Part shown: positions 1 to 13,796 of the stretch, one piece after another
How positions within the stretch are numbered: position 1 is the first letter of the stretch
Layout of the letters: each line of letters opens with the position of its first letter
Assembly (NCBI GenBank): GCA_016748015.1
Contig: JAAOMT010000187.1
Coordinates: forward strand, 108,448-172,447
Direction: 5' to 3'
DNA length: 64,000 nucleotides
Source: Geosiphon pyriformis uo1
Taxonomy: Eukaryota > Fungi > Glomeromycota
Notes under the pieces: model-generated
What the model was told of the DNA's origin: nothing
The model's input: only the letters and a program-made list of their open reading frames with translations
The model's database searches: none
Translations under genes and position numbers: made by a program

Positions 1-1262
1 ATGCCTTTGAGTATGTTTACTGTTAATATTAGAACAGTTTTTAGTATGTTTGGTAGTATTACTTGTGTTGTATTAAAGCCTGCTAGTATTTGACAGTATG
101 TGGTTGTTTATTTTGAAAAATTAAACTCTGTTGTATCTGCTTTAAATTATTAGTTAGTTTTGATAGACAAGAATAATATTAGGATTTTTTTTTAATAAAT
201 CAGAATAAAACTATTCTGTCTTATAATAGATTTAAGACCAAGTTGGTTAATCTCCCCTCTAACTACACAACTTTTGAAATTAGTAATATGATTTCTCAAG
301 TTAGTAGTTGAACATGTTTTATTTCCCATTTTTCTGAGTCTGGTTGTTATTTTCAGTTTGTTCTAGTTATATTTGGTTCTTAAGTTGATTTGAATACTGT
401 AATATTAAAGACTGGTATGCTAAGAAAGTATTGTATCTGATGAGAAACTTCTGGTAATTGGCACTGTTTTCAATGTCAAAATTCAGATCATCTGGCTTTG
501 GATTGTAAAATATCTCCACCTCTTTCTTCTAAAACTTCTAAGATATTTATTTTTCATAATATTGGTAACAAGTTTTATGCCAAAGCTGCTGTTTCTGTGC
601 TTTCTTCAATTTCTAATATTTTGATTGGTTCAGTTTTTTCTACTAAAATTGTATCTGACAATTCTATGGTCTTTTCTTAATTAACATCTTTGAAATTGGT
701 GTTGGCCAGACTCTTTAATTTGGTTAATTTTATTGTTAAGCCTGTTGGTAGATTGGTAACTGCTTTCAAACAATTTATTAAAAGTGATCTTATGTCTAAT
801 AGCAAGCTTAGAAACAAGATTAATAAGCTTATGGTGTATTTGGATGCTTTTAGCAAATCTGTTGGTAAGTTGGAGAGAGAGATGGTAACATTAAAAACTA
901 AATGTAACATAGAAAATGTTGATTTGTCTGGTGATTCTGGTGTTTCAGTTAGAGTAAGTGATAAAGTATTTGGTGAATTAATGACACTCTAAAAATTTGA
1001 ATCTTTTGAGATTAAGTTCATAAAAACAGCCAAATAGCTTGTTGAATTGGTTCTTAGTAGTCTTACTTTGTTTGATGTAATTTAAAAGATGTCTATTTTG
1101 GACAAGTTTTTTTGTAAGTTATTAACTTAGTATAATCTGAACTGGTTTAAGTAACTGGTTACATATAGAAAGTGTATGAACTTCACTTAGTTTAAAATAC
1201 TTAGTTTGTTTCATTGTACTAAGTAATAGTTGGGCTATACTTATTAAATCATTAATAAAATA
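1..1262 (+). mobile_element. ORF1-only (HAL1-like) non-LTR element, copy H1, 5' part outside window, decayed
   Basis: The decayed frame reads MPLSMFTVNIRTVFSMFGSITCVVLKPASI*QYVVVYFE...CFQCQNSDHLALDC (RRM-like region plus CCHC knuckle, homologous to LINE ORF1). Its stop (~1128-1130) is followed directly by the LINE-type 3' tail and an A-rich end, with no ORF2. Confidence 0.75.
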
Positions 1263-1343
1263 AAAAATAAAAATAAACAATTTTAATATTAAAATATTAT
1301 AAATAAAATTAAATTGTTTTTAAATAAGTTTATTTATATCTAT

Positions 1344-2344
1344 TGTTACTGGAGGTTTTTGGTCTCTTTTCTTGAATGTTGTAAATGTCTGTTGGTTGCA
1401 AATTCACGTTTTCTAGAAGTAGTTGAACCTCCAATAACTGAATTTATCTTTAAATTATCTCTTATAATTTGAACTGCTGGGCTTATGAGTGGAATGGCCA
1501 ATTCCATGCCAGTTATTTTGTATAGTTATATTGTAATAAACATCAACTTTTTTTCAGGAATTGCTTGTCTGGAAGCTCACTAAAAATGTGTAGTTACTTT
1601 GCTGTGAAAGTCAACTCTTCTACAGGAATTTTGTCTGTAGGCTACTCTAATGATTGTAATAAGAAAATAAAAGAAAAATAAAAGAAATGTAAAAGAAATA
1701 GAATTTTATCAAGGGAAACATTTTCTATCCAGGCCTGGAGTCACTAACAGATTACTGAAATTGGTAGCTAATTAATTTCAAAATGTTAGTTGTGTTGAGG
1801 GAATTTCAAGTATAATAATTTTAAGGATTTGGTTTTTAAATATTTTAATTTTTATTTGATTTTGTAAAAAATAATTTGTTCCAATTAAGATATTTGAAGT
1901 AAGTTACTATGATAAGATATATTTTTTTGAAGAAAAAAGCTTTTCTTTTATACAACTTGTTGTAGTACTAGTCTATGAACTTGCACTTTTTCTCTTTGCT
2001 CAAATTTTGGTGAACTAAAGATAAATTTTGATGAACTACAAGTTATTTCACTGAACTATTAATTAATTTGGGTGAACTATTCATAATTTCGGCGAATTTC
2101 TATAAATTTCGGCGAATTTTTTATAAATTTCGGCAAATTTCAGAATGTTACAAAGTTCAGAGTATTGTGTAATTTGATCATTCTACTTTCTGTTATACTA
2201 ATTAGATTATTTAATTAAATTGTGATATGTGATAATTGATTAAATAATAAATGATAATTTGAAATGATATTAATATACTAATTAATTATAGAAATTATAA
2301 GGGTAATTTCATGCTAATTAATAGCTAAAATTCTATTGGTAACA
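1344..2344 (-). repeat. 3' LTR of G1
   Basis: Near-identical to 10321-11300. On the minus strand it is preceded by the purine tract GAGAAAGAG (PPT, ~2349-2357). Confidence 0.95.
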
Positions 2345-3032
2345 TAATCTCTTTCTCAAAACTGAGCTCTGTTGAAGTCTAAGCACTATCTGTAATATTG
2401 AGATAGTAATCCAAAATAATTGAAGTAATCTGGTCTGAAAATTGTTGAAATTTCAGTTCTGTGAGTTTGCCAATGTATTGGACTTTTATTGGTTGCAGTA
2501 TTGGATTTTGTAGAACATTTTCACAAGTATTAAACAAATCATAGAGTCTAAAAGCTGCTCTAAGTTTGTAGCAAGTGTTTGTTAATCCAGCTGCTGTTTT
2601 AAATTCATTATGAATTTGTTTTTGTATAGCTTCAGGAGTGAGATTTGTTGTTTCAAGTTCCAGTTTTCGTTTATAAAGTGTTTTTCCAATGTGAAAGTAT
2701 TTATAGATAGGTGTGTGTTTATTGTTCTGTTTATTGAGAAGTAGTAGAAGTTTTTGTTGCATTGTAGCATTTGGTGGAATGTCAATAGGGGCAATTAAAA
2801 AATTTTCTTCTAGTGCTTGCTTCAAAAGTCTTGGTAACTTATTTTCAGAGTAACTTCTTGTTTTTCTTCTATAAGGGTGATAGTTCTGTGAATGATTTGC
2901 TACTGGGGCTGTGGTTTTTTTCTGAATGTAATTAATTTGACTTCCATTAATTGTTATGGATAAGTCAGGAAGTGTTTTCAAGGCTAACATTAACTTTTGG
3001 GATATTTGTTGAATATTTCGGGGAATAATTAT
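2325..3032 (-). pseudogene. Gypsy ORF3, ~235-aa accessory protein of unknown function (copy G1)
   Basis: ORF 2379-2990 is homologous to 20283-21002 and 51122-51841. The start has decayed to ATA at 3032. TAG at 2379 aligns with TGG in the other copies, so the ancestral stop lies inside the LTR (~2325). Confidence 0.8.
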
Positions 3033-3199
3033 AGTAAAATTGACTAATTATGAAAAGGGAGAATAAAAAAAATTATTTTTGGGTATGGGGTTTTTATTTT
3101 TATTTTTTTTGGTTTTGGGTGGTTTTTTTTTTTTCTTGTGTAATTATTTACTATTTTTGTCTTTGTGTTTTTTTTTTATTAAAGAATTATTTGTAAAAT

Positions 3200-4585
3200 T
3201 TAAGTGTTCAAGTTTGGTTGTTGTTCTATTATAATTATTGGTTTTAAATTTCGGAGAATATCTTTAGGATTAATTAAAGAGGAATGTGTACCAATTTGTG
3301 GAATTAATGGTTCAGGATTGTTTCTGGAATGATAGTGTTTCAATCTGTCTTCATATGCAACTTTTGCTAATATTTTGTCATCAAGTCTTAACTTGTATGA
3401 TCCATTGCCTAGAATTTTGTGAATATAAAATGGTCCATCTCATTTGTTTTCAAATTTCCCATTCCATTGTTTTTCAGTCTTAGTTCTGTGTAAGAGAACT
3501 TTATTTTCAACTTTAAATTCGTTGGTAATGGATGGTAATTTGTTGTCATGTTTTTCTTTTTATTGAGCTTGAAAATGTTCGATATGAGTTGCTGCTATTC
3601 TTCTTTTTCTTTTCAGTGTACTAAGAAAAGTATAGGCCCTTTTTTGGAGTGTTTCTTGAAAGTTCTCTTCATTAATTGGTTGCACAGAGTATGTTTCCAC
3701 TGTGAAATTAATTGGTAATGTTGCTGTTCTTCCATAAGTTAAATCAAATGGTGTATGTTTCATAGTATTTTGTTTTAGTGTTCTGTATGCTAGTAACACT
3801 GATGGAATAAAAATATTCCATTCCTGCTCAAAGTCTGTTGAGACTTTGGCTAGAGATTTACACAATGTTCTGTTGAAATGTTTTACAAGTCCATTTGTTT
3901 GAGGGTAATAAAATAATGATAGAGATCTTTTGACATTGAATCGTTCACAAATTTTTTGTATCAAATTGTTCACAAAATGTGTTCCTTGATCAGATAAGAG
4001 TTCAATTGAACATCCATGTTTACAAATAATGTCTTTATAGATAAAATTTGCTACTGATTTTGCATCTGCTCTTTGGATAATTCTAGCTTCAAGCCATTTG
4101 GTAAGATAATCCACTGCAACTGCAATATAATAATTTCCTTGGGTTGTGATAGATAATGGTCCGACTAAATCAATTCCAACTCTGTCAAAAGGTTGTCCAA
4201 CTTTGATTGGATTTAAAGGTTCTGTGAGGTAAGTTCCTTCTCTTCTTTGACAATTATCACAAGATTCTACATATTGTCAAATGTTTTTTTGCATGTGAGA
4301 CCAAAAATAATGTTCAAGAGTTCTTTAAATTGTTCTATCTCTTCCCAAGTGTGCTGAAAAAGAATCTGTGTGCATGTTGTATAGAATTGTTTCTTTTTTA
4401 TTTTCCTGTACTAATCTGAGTAGTTGGTTTGGGTTTTTACAATTTTTGTAATAGATTTTGTTGTGGTGTATAAAATATTGTTTGAATTGGTGTTGTAATC
4501 AATGTTTTTTATTTGGAGACCAATTTTCTGGCATGGTGAGAGTCTCCAAATAGTTTTTGATGTTGTTGTAGTTTTCTGGATCTAT
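3200..4585 (-). pseudogene. Stand-alone DDE integrase ORF (copy G1)
   Basis: HHCC region, VDYLTKW, SDQGTHF, PQTNGL and GPF motifs; same 1386-nt length as 49243-50628; start ATA is a decayed ATG. Confidence 0.88.
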
Positions 4586-4652
4586 TGTTGTTGATTTTGT
4601 TGTTTGTTCTGCTGTTAAGTTTGTTGGTGTTTTGTTGGTGTTGATGTTGGTA

Positions 4653-7600
4653 TTAATATTGTCTTATTTTTAAGAGACTATTAACATTGGTGTGTAGTTT
4701 TCCTGGTTGTAATGTACAATGTATCTGTAGTCTGCTAAGAAGTCATTCTATCAAGACTGTTTGGCACTTTGTTCAGTTTTCTTTTTATTAAGCCATTTAA
4801 GGCCAATATTGTCAGTTATTATGTCAAATTCTTTTCCATTTTTTAGGTATTGTTGAAAGTGTTTGAGAGCCCAAATAACTGCAGCAGCTTTTAATTCAGT
4901 TGAGCCATATTTGAGTTCTGTTGGCTTGAGTGTTCTGTTGGCATATGTGATAACTTATTCCTGGCCATTTTTATCTAATTGTGATAAGATGGCACCAAAT
5001 GCTATGTGTGAAACATCAGTGGCTAATTGGAATCATTTGTTAAAGTCTGAGTAAGCAAGAACTGGGACTGTTGTCAATTTTGTTTTGAGAGTTTCAAAAG
5101 CTTTTTGTTGTTCTTCAGTTCATTTGTATGATATGTTTTTGTTGATAAGATAATTGAGTGGTTTGGCAATTTCTAAGAATTCTTTTATAAATTTTCAATA
5201 ATAAGAGGCTAATCCTACAAATCCTCATAGTTCTGTGGTATTTCTGGGAGTTTGAAAGTTTTTGACAGCACTAATTGTTCCAGGATTTGGTTTGACTTCA
5301 TCTTTGCTAACAATGTGTTCAAGGAAAATTAAGCTTGTTTTTCCAAAATAACATTTTTCAATGTTTAACTTCAATCCTGTTTTCCGTAATCATTGAAAAA
5401 CTTCTTGCAGGTAAATAAGATAAGTCTCAAAGCTTGGTAAATATACATTAGTGTTATCAAGATAGACAACTACTGATTGCCACAAGAGTCTTTCATATAC
5501 AACATCCATGAGTCACTGGAATGTTGTTGGTGCATTGCAGAGTCCAAAAGGCATAACATTGAACTCATAGTTTCCTCTTTGAGTGGCAAATACTGTTTTG
5601 GGTCGGTCTTTTGGGTTCATTTTGACTTGCCAGTATCCACTTTCCAAGTCTAAAGTTGAGAAAAACTTGGCTTTTCCTAGAGCATCTAGCATGTCATCAA
5701 TTCTTGGAAAAGGGTAGGCATCTCCAATTGTCACACTGTTCAATTGGCGATAGTCAACACAAAATCTGATTTTTCCATTTTTTTTTTAACAAGGACTACT
5801 GGTAAGGCCCAAGGACTTTTTGATGGTTGAATCAATCTGTTATTGAGCATTCTCTGGACTTTTTCTCTGATGAATTGGTGGCTGGCAGATGGCACTCTGT
5901 AAGCTTGTTAATGTTTTGGTGGAGCATCTCCTGTATGAATCTGATGTTGAACTATATCCATTTTTCCCAAGTCATTGTTGTCTTTTGCAAATATATTTGC
6001 AAATTCAGCTATCAATTGTTTCAATTGTCTTTGTTGTTGAGGTACTAAAGGACCCATGTTGATTCAAGAGAGTTTTTTTTCTAAAAAGTGGTAGTTTTCA
6101 GTAGTGGAAATAATATTGGGATTTGGGAGTAGAGTGTGCCTTACAATTTCGATGAAATTAGAGACAATTTAAGGGTTTTTATCTTGAAAAATATTGCTGT
6201 GTATGATTCTAATCTCTAGTTTGTTTAATAAGACAATAGGGTAATTATTGGGGTTGTAGAATGTAACTCAAAATTTTTTCATTCTTTTGAGAATATAAAC
6301 GTTTGAAATTGAGATTTCATGTTTTAAACAGATTTGTTTATTGGATTCAAAGATTTGTTGTGTAGTGGTGAGTTTTGAGCAAGTGTAAATTTCATAATGT
6401 TCTCTAAAAGATGAAATAGTAATTGGCTGGAAAAGTTGAAAAATCTGGTGAGATTCATTTTGTGTATTAAGAGCTATGTTTACTGGAACTGTAAATCATC
6501 CAGTTGAACCAAAACCTTGAGTTCCTTTTTTACTTTTTCCCAATTGTTCTCTGTTGTTTACTGATTGTAAACTCGAAATGTTGATTAAGGGTAAGTAAAT
6601 TGCTTGAGCAATTTTTTCAGCATGTTCAATTTTGAATGGTTTGTCTGTTTCATTTTGTAACATGATGGTAATGTCTCCAGTGTATCCTGCATCTATAACT
6701 CCTCCTCTAATATTGATTTTTTTGCTTGCCAATAACGATCTGGAGGCAATTTGAATCATTGTTTCTGGTGGTATTTCAAGAGCAATTTTGAAATTGATTT
6801 TTGTCAAGGACTTTGGTTGGAGAACCAAAGTATCTTTTCCTGGGTATTTTAGGTCATATCTAGCATTAATTTCGTGTGCTTTTTCTGGTCTGATTCCTTG
6901 GCCATAGTTGTCAAAATATTTAAGTTGTAGAGGTGGTTGCTTTTTAAGAAAATAGGTAAGAGTGGTTGGTAGTTTTTCTACTAGTTTAGATACTTCAAAT
7001 TCGATTTTATTTTCATCATTCTCATCTGGCAGAGGAATGCTAAGAGCATAACATTCTAAACACCATTGGTCATTACAAGACATAACACATTCTTCACACA
7101 ATTGAATGTTTATTTGCTCTAATTGTTGAATTTAAGCTTTTTTGGTCAGATATGTGTGGCTTGCAATTTGGTGGTAGGTTTCTACTTCATTTTCATAATC
7201 AAATTCAGCTAATTCTATGGTATACTCAATGTATTTAGCTTCTTTCATTTGGCAGACATTTTCTTGGATGGCTCTATTGATCAATGCTATTGCTAGGTCA
7301 AAAATCATTTCAGCATCATGAGAGTAGTGGTAAAGTTTATTGAGAGCACTATTGTATGCTGCATCAAATAGTGTTTCTTTTCTGACTTTTTCCGAAATTG
7401 ATAGAGCATATTGACAGGTCTGATTACATACTCCTCTTTTCATTGCTACATCAATCCAATTGCATTTTTTTGGTAGTCTTTCTTCACAAGTGAGGCAAGG
7501 AGTTTTGTCCCATTTTCCACTTCTCTTTAGGGATCCAAATCGTTTTCTATGGCATGCCTTGCAGAAGTAACAAGTGTGAGTTTCATATTCCTCTTCTGGA

Positions 7601-10275
7601 GAAATACAGGCTTCCATAGATAAAAGCTTCTTTTTGCAATCTTTGCATTTTAATGGAATATATGGTGGTTTTTTTCATGGTTCTAGTGTGGAATATCTAA
7701 CTTTCTTCCATTCTCTTGATTCTTTAAAAATCTCTTGTTCTGTTTTCTCAGCCCAATTGAATGGTGATCCAAGAGTTATGTAGGTTTCAGTGAGTGGCAT
7801 TTCCTTCTCTTCTTCAAATTCAAATACTGGAGCTTTTTCTGATTATTTGTTAAAGGTATCACAGGTTGCAAGTATTATGATATATTGTCCTTGATATAAG
7901 ATTTTAAGTTCTTAAGTTTCTCAGTTCAGGTTTGCATTGGCCTTGAGAAGCCAATCATTTCCGACTAGAGCTTGGTATTGGGGTGCATCCATAACAAGAA
8001 CTTTAACTGAAATGGTAATTCCATCAATTGTAAAGGGGAAATCATCAATTTCTCCTACTGGAGTTTTTTTCATATTATCAACTGTGACAATAACTGTTTG
8101 AGCTGGTCTGTCTATGTTTCATTTGAGTTGTTGCATTAGCTTGTAAGTAATGATACTTCCAGCCGATCCATTATCTAAGATTAAGTGAATGGGTTTTCCT
8201 TTCACTGTAGCTTCTGTGTACATAGCAGTAATTGCTTTCTGTTTATTGACTGCTGTATTACTAAGCAAAAATAGTGATTCATTTGCTTTAAATTCAAATG
8301 GAAATATATCTGGCAGATTGGTATTTTGGGCAATTTGAGCCAATAGAATAGTGTGATTGGAAGAGTTTAATTTTGGTGCTGCAACTTCACCTTCAAAAAG
8401 TGCAGTTTGTTGAAAATCCGATTCCTCTGGTATTGTAAGATAACTGGATTGAGTGTAATAGTGATTGGGTTTTTGCTGACCAGAATTTTGGAGAACCAAC
8501 TGGTTATTTGAATTGATTCTGTTGTTATTACTCTGCAATTGATTTTGGGGTGTGAATTGGTTATGTTGAACCAATCTTCTTGCTGGTATTTGATATTGTT
8601 GAGTGGGTAGTGTCTGATATGGCTGAATTGGTAAAGATTGCTGATATTGTTGCTGCATTGGTTGTGGAGCTGGTGAATAGTAACTGTTTTGATTTTGTGG
8701 TCTTGGTAAATAATAGGTTGGTGGTGAAAGTTGGTAATAAGATTGTTGTGATAAAGAGTAATGTTGATTACTTCTGTTTTGTTGGTCTCTTTGTAATTTT
8801 CTACAATCTCGTTTTTAGTGTCCTGGAATTCCACAATAATGACAATTTTAAGGTTGGTTGTTGGATGGTGATCCAAAATTGTTTTGGTTGCATCATTGTA
8901 AGGGTTGATATTTTTGTGGTTGTTGTTGCTGTTGTTGTTGGTTTGTGAAGTAGCTTTCAACTTTTTTTGTGAGTTGGTCTATCTTCTCTTTAGCTGCTAA
9001 GCTGGTTTTTCCAATTGCAAAATTTACAAGCTTGATGTGATTTGTTTCTTCTATTGCCATTTTATAGCTCTTTGCATGTCTAATGGCAGTTGCTAAGTCT
9101 ACTGGAGCATGTGGGTGGACTTTCTTAATTAGTTTGTCTTTTAATCCTGCTATAAACTGATCCAGAATTTGAGCATCAGAATAGTAGTCATTGGTTTCCA
9201 ATTGTCAGATTTGTCTGAGAAGTTTGTTAAATTTTCCAAGATAGATCATAACAGTTTCAAATGTTTCTTGTTTGATATTGTGAAAGCAGTTTCTGAGAGT
9301 GATAGAGGTATTGTTGTCAGTGAATTGTTGTAGAAAAGCATTTTTGAATGCTTGCCAGTTTTCAAATAGTTCTTCTAAATTTTCAAACCATTCTTCTGCT
9401 GTTCCTTAGAAAAAGTAGAAAATTGCTTTAAGCATTCTTGCTGCAATCCAACTATTTGCATCTTCTGTTTTTTGAACTTTGTTAAGCCATTCTTAAGGAC
9501 TGGTATCATTGTTTTTACTAGTGAATTCTGGGATTTTTGCAATGTAAGCAGTTGTCATTTCTTTTTCATTTTCTGTAATTTCTTCTGGTTTTGATTCAGT
9601 TTCTTCACTTTCCAAGCTTTCTGAATGATTACTTTTGTTTTCCTGTAAGTAATCAATGATATTGGCACTTGTTGATATTGGTTCCTGCTGTTGAGTAGAA
9701 TTTCTAGGTGACTGAAAATCTTCTGGTCTGGAGAAATGGTTAAGTGGTAAACTTGGTGTTTGTGATTGAACAAGTGAAATTGGAAATGGTGTAATAAAAA
9801 GTGGTAATTTGACACTGGTTTCTTGTTCAGATGTTTGTAAGTGTTTGGCAGTTGTCTTTGATAGTATTGAAGTGTTTGGAGTGGTTTTTGAGTATTGTTT
9901 TACTTTTTGTTTGCCTTTGTTGCTTGTCTCTGTTTCTGATTCAAAGTTAAAAGAGTATTTGGGCTGTACTGGGTATTTTTCTTCACAGTACTCAATAATA
10001 TTAAAATTAAGTTCTTGGAAGTAGGTAGCAAGTGTTTCACTGTTCAGGTCTTCTGTTCCCAATTGTGAATAGTGCACTAAATTATTGTAGAGGTTGCTTC
10101 TAACTTTTGAAATATTGTAGTTTCTAAAAAGATAATTGTTGATGCGATTTTCAATATATTGGTATACTGATTTCTTAACAACTTCAATTCCGTTTGGGAT
10201 GTTGAATCTTTGCTTGCAGTGAGTGTAAATTGACTGATGATACTCTAGAGTTGTTGTGTCTGGTGTGATTGCCAC
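4653..10275 (-). pseudogene. Gag-protease-Cys-rich-dUTPase-RT-RNase H polyprotein (copy G1), multiple premature stops
   Basis: Gag QFIAGLKD; CCHC knuckle; protease LILD(N/S)GSAGS; dUTPase GGVIDAGYTG...GFGSTG; RT YPFPRIDD, LDLESGYWQ, MPFGLCNAP; RNase H TDVS...ELK...TDN. ORF fragments stay in one frame from 10275 to ~5790. Confidence 0.93.
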
Positions 10276-10300
10276 TTTGAATTTGTTGTTGCTATGTTAT

Positions 10301-10318
10301 TTCTATGGGAGAGCACCA
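10301..10318 (-). promoter_or_regulatory. Primer-binding site of G1 (TGGTGCTCTCCCATAGAA)
   Basis: Starts with TGG 2 nt inside the 5' LTR end; same site at 43541-43558 in G2. Cognate tRNA not identified. Confidence 0.85.
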
Positions 10319-10320
10319 AA

Positions 10321-11300
10321 TGTTACTGGAGGTTTTTGGTCTCTTTTTTTGAATGTTGTAAATGTCTGTTGGTTGTAAATTCACATTTTTTAGAAGTAAT
10401 TGAACCTCTAATAACTGAATTTATCTTCAAATTATCTCCTATAATTTAAACTGCTGGGCTTATGAATAGAATGGCCAATTCCATGCCAGTTACTTTGTAT
10501 AGTTATATTGTAGTAAACATCAACTCTTTCCCAAGAATTGCTCATCTGAAAGCTCACTAAAAATGTGTAGTTACTTTGCTGTAAAAGTCAACTCTTCTAC
10601 AGGAATCTTGTCTGTAGGCTACCCTAATGATTATAATAAGAAAAGAAAAGAAAAATAAAAGAAATGTAAAAGAAATAGAATTTTATCAAGGGAAACGTTT
10701 TCTATCCAGACCTGGAGTCATTAACAGATTACTGAAATTGGTAGCTAATTAATTTCAAAATGTTAGTTGTGTTGAGGAAATTTCAAGTGTAATAATTTTA
10801 AGGATTTGGTTTTCAAATATTTTAATTTTTATTTGATTTTATAAAAGGTAATTTGTTCCAATTAAGATATTTGAAGTAAGTTACTATGGTAAGATACATT
10901 TTTTTAAAAAAAAAAGCTCTTCTTTTATACAACTTGTTGTAGTACTAGTCTATGAACTTGCACTTTTTCTCTTTGCTCAAATTTCGGTAAACTAAAGATA
11001 GATTTGATGAACTACAAGTTATTTCACTGAACTATTAATTAATTTGGGTGAACTATTCATAATTTCGGCGAATTTCTTATAAATTTCGGCGAATTTCAGA
11101 ATGTTACAAAGTTCAAGGTATTGTGTAATTTGATCATCCTACTTTCTGTTATACTAATTAGATTATTTAATTGAATCGTGATATGTGATAATTGATTAAA
11201 TAATAAATGATAATTTGAAATGATATTAATATACTAATTAATTATAAGAATTATAAAGGTAATTTCATGCTAATTAATAGCTAAAATTCTACTGGTAACA
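10321..11300 (-). repeat. 5' LTR of G1
   Basis: Direct repeat of 1344-2344, followed by the PBS on the minus strand. Confidence 0.95.
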
Positions 11301-11359
11301 CTATTATAAAACATATTATATTTTATATTATAAATTATAAAAAAATTTTATTTTATTAA

Positions 11360-13625
11360 AACAAACTCTTTGTTTTCTTAATTTTATGACCATAATTAGA
11401 ACAAAAAATAAAAAAGCTTTAATTAGTACTTTCTCTTTAGTATCTTATAAAGTTTCAACCAAAAAAGTTCTCTCTATTGTAAAAGCAGTTAAGCAAAATA
11501 TCTTAAAAGCTTTTTTCTTAGTTAGTAATAATAAAAAGCTGTTTTTAATAACTGCTAAAATATTTTCCTTATTTTTGGCTGGTTTTTTATCAGTCAAAGT
11601 TCTCTTAAAGAAACACACTTAAATTAGTTTTAATATTGTCTCTATTTTTATTAAGAGCTTAAAAGTTTTTAATAATAAATTAGTTAACAAACTAGTCTTT
11701 TTAATTATTGCTATTATATCTAATATTATTAGTACTATTTTCTTAAAAATAATCAGAAAGACCAAAGATTCCAAAAAACAGAAACAGTTACTTGTTTTTA
11801 CTATTGTTATATTAAACTTTTTTGTGGTTTTAGATAAAATTTTGGATAAAATTTTTATTGTATTATTTAATATATTATCTAAAATAAGCTAAGATCAACT
11901 ACTGGTTATACTGTCAAATATGGTTTCTTTTAGCAGATAATTATTGGTTTTAGAAACAAAATAATAGTTTTCTGTTAGATTATCTGTTCTTGAAAACTGA
12001 ATTAATCAAATAAAAACTGAATTAATTTTTCTACTGGTTTTTAGTGCTGCCACTAGTAGTTCTTAAAAGATTATTACTAATTATCAAAAATTTGCTGGGT
12101 AAATAATTTTCATTTTAATGTTTAATGTCATTTTCAAGATCAAATTAGCTTATATTAAGACTGTTTTTCAATTTGTATATGGTTTTTTGAATATAAAATC
12201 AGTATTAAAAAACAATATAAAGCTCTTTTATGTAAAATTTGCTTTACAAGAATCTTTAAAAGCTGTTTTTCTGGTTGAGCTTACAAGTTCTATTTGTCTA
12301 ATTATTTTTAAAACTGCCAAATCTTTGATGGTTTTGAATCTGGTTTTTTTTTGCCATTATTATATTGTGTGATATGTCTTTAAGTATATTTGCTGCTAAT
12401 ATTAAGATAACTTTTAGTGTATTTGGTAAGATTTTTTATATTGTGCTAAAGCTAACTAGTATTTAACAATATATAGTAATTTACTTTAAAACTTTAGATG
12501 CTACTGTATCTGTTCTAAATTATTAATTATTTTTGTTAAACAAGAATAGTATTAAAATTTTTTTTTTTGTAAATTAAAATAAAACTATTTTGTCTTATAA
12601 TAAGTTTAAAACCAAGTTGGTTAATTTTTTTTTAATTGTATTGTTTATAAAATCAGTGATATGATTTCTTAAGTTGGTAGTTAAACTTGTTTTATTTTTT
12701 GTTTACTTGATTTTGGTTATTGTTCTTAGATTGATCTGATTATATTTGATTCATAAAATAATTTAAATACTGCTATTATTAAAACTGGTATTTTAAAGAA
12801 GTATTATATTTGGTAGAAAATTTTTAAATAAAAATACTGCTTTAAATATCAAGATTTAGACTATTTAGTTATTAATTATAAAATGTCTTTACTTTTTTTT
12901 CTCAAAAATTTCAGAGCTTTTATGTTTTATTTTATTGGTATTAAGTTTTATACTAAAGCTATTACTCTTGTGCTTTCTTTAATTTCTAGTTTTTTAGTTG
13001 GTTCTGTTTTTTTATTAATATGTTGGTTGATATTTTTGTAGTTTTATCTTGGTTGGCTTTTTTGGAGTCTAATTTGACCAAGCTTTTTTTTGGTTAAGTT
13101 TATTGTTAAACTGGTCAAATCTTTAGTTACTGTGTTTAAACAATTTATTAATAATAATTTGGTTTCAAGTAGTATATTTGGTCTTAGAGTTAATAAGGTT
13201 TTAGTAGATATAACTATTTTTAATAAAGCAGTTAATAAGTTAAAGTGGAAGATAATTGCATTAAAAACTGAATATAGCTATAAAAACATTAATATATTTC
13301 GCTTTTATATGGGTCTGTTTACTATTAATAATAACATGTTTTTTAATTTAATATTACTATAAAAACATGAATCTATTAGTATTAAGCCTAATGCTTTAAA
13401 AACAGCCAAGTGGCTGATTGAATTAATTAGTAATAGTGCTATATTGTTTGAAATTGTTTAAAAAATTTATTCAAAAAATAAATTTTCTTTTAAGGTATTA
13501 AGTCTAAACTGGCTTAAATAGCTAGTTATATATAAAAAATATGTAAATCATATTTAATTTAAAATTCTAGATAATTGTATTATATTAAATAGTAATTAAG
13601 CTATATTTATTAAATAAATAAAAAT
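11360..13625 (+). mobile_element. ORF1-only (HAL1-like) non-LTR element, copy H2, full length, heavily decayed
   Basis: ATG at 11386 (MTIIRTKNKKA...) opens a ~2.1-kb decayed ORF1-like frame whose 3' half aligns with 1-1130. A decayed LINE 3' tail (~13500-13620) and A-run follow. Confidence 0.72.
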
Positions 13626-13796
13626 TAAAACAATAAAAAAATTATATATTAATTTAAATAATTTATATTGTTAATAAATTTACTTAATTATTATTTAGTT
13701 AACTCTTTGTTATTTTTAAATAAAAAAATTCAAAAACTTTAAAATATTATTATTTATATTATTATTATTATTATCTAAAAAATTATGATTTTAACT

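Larger units (their letters stand above)
1344..11300 (-). mobile_element. Full-length Ty3/gypsy-type LTR retrotransposon (copy G1), inactivated
   Basis: ~1-kb direct repeats at 1344-2344 and 10321-11300 with TGTTAC...GTAACA ends; 4-bp TSD CTAT at 1340-1343 and 11301-11304; PBS and PPT present; domain order gag-PR-dUTPase-RT-RH-IN. Confidence 0.97.

Noticed and set aside
2002-2141. Regularly spaced palindromic repeats as a CRISPR array
   Set aside because: The context is a eukaryotic LTR, the inter-motif gaps are only ~8-10 bp, and there are no cas genes.
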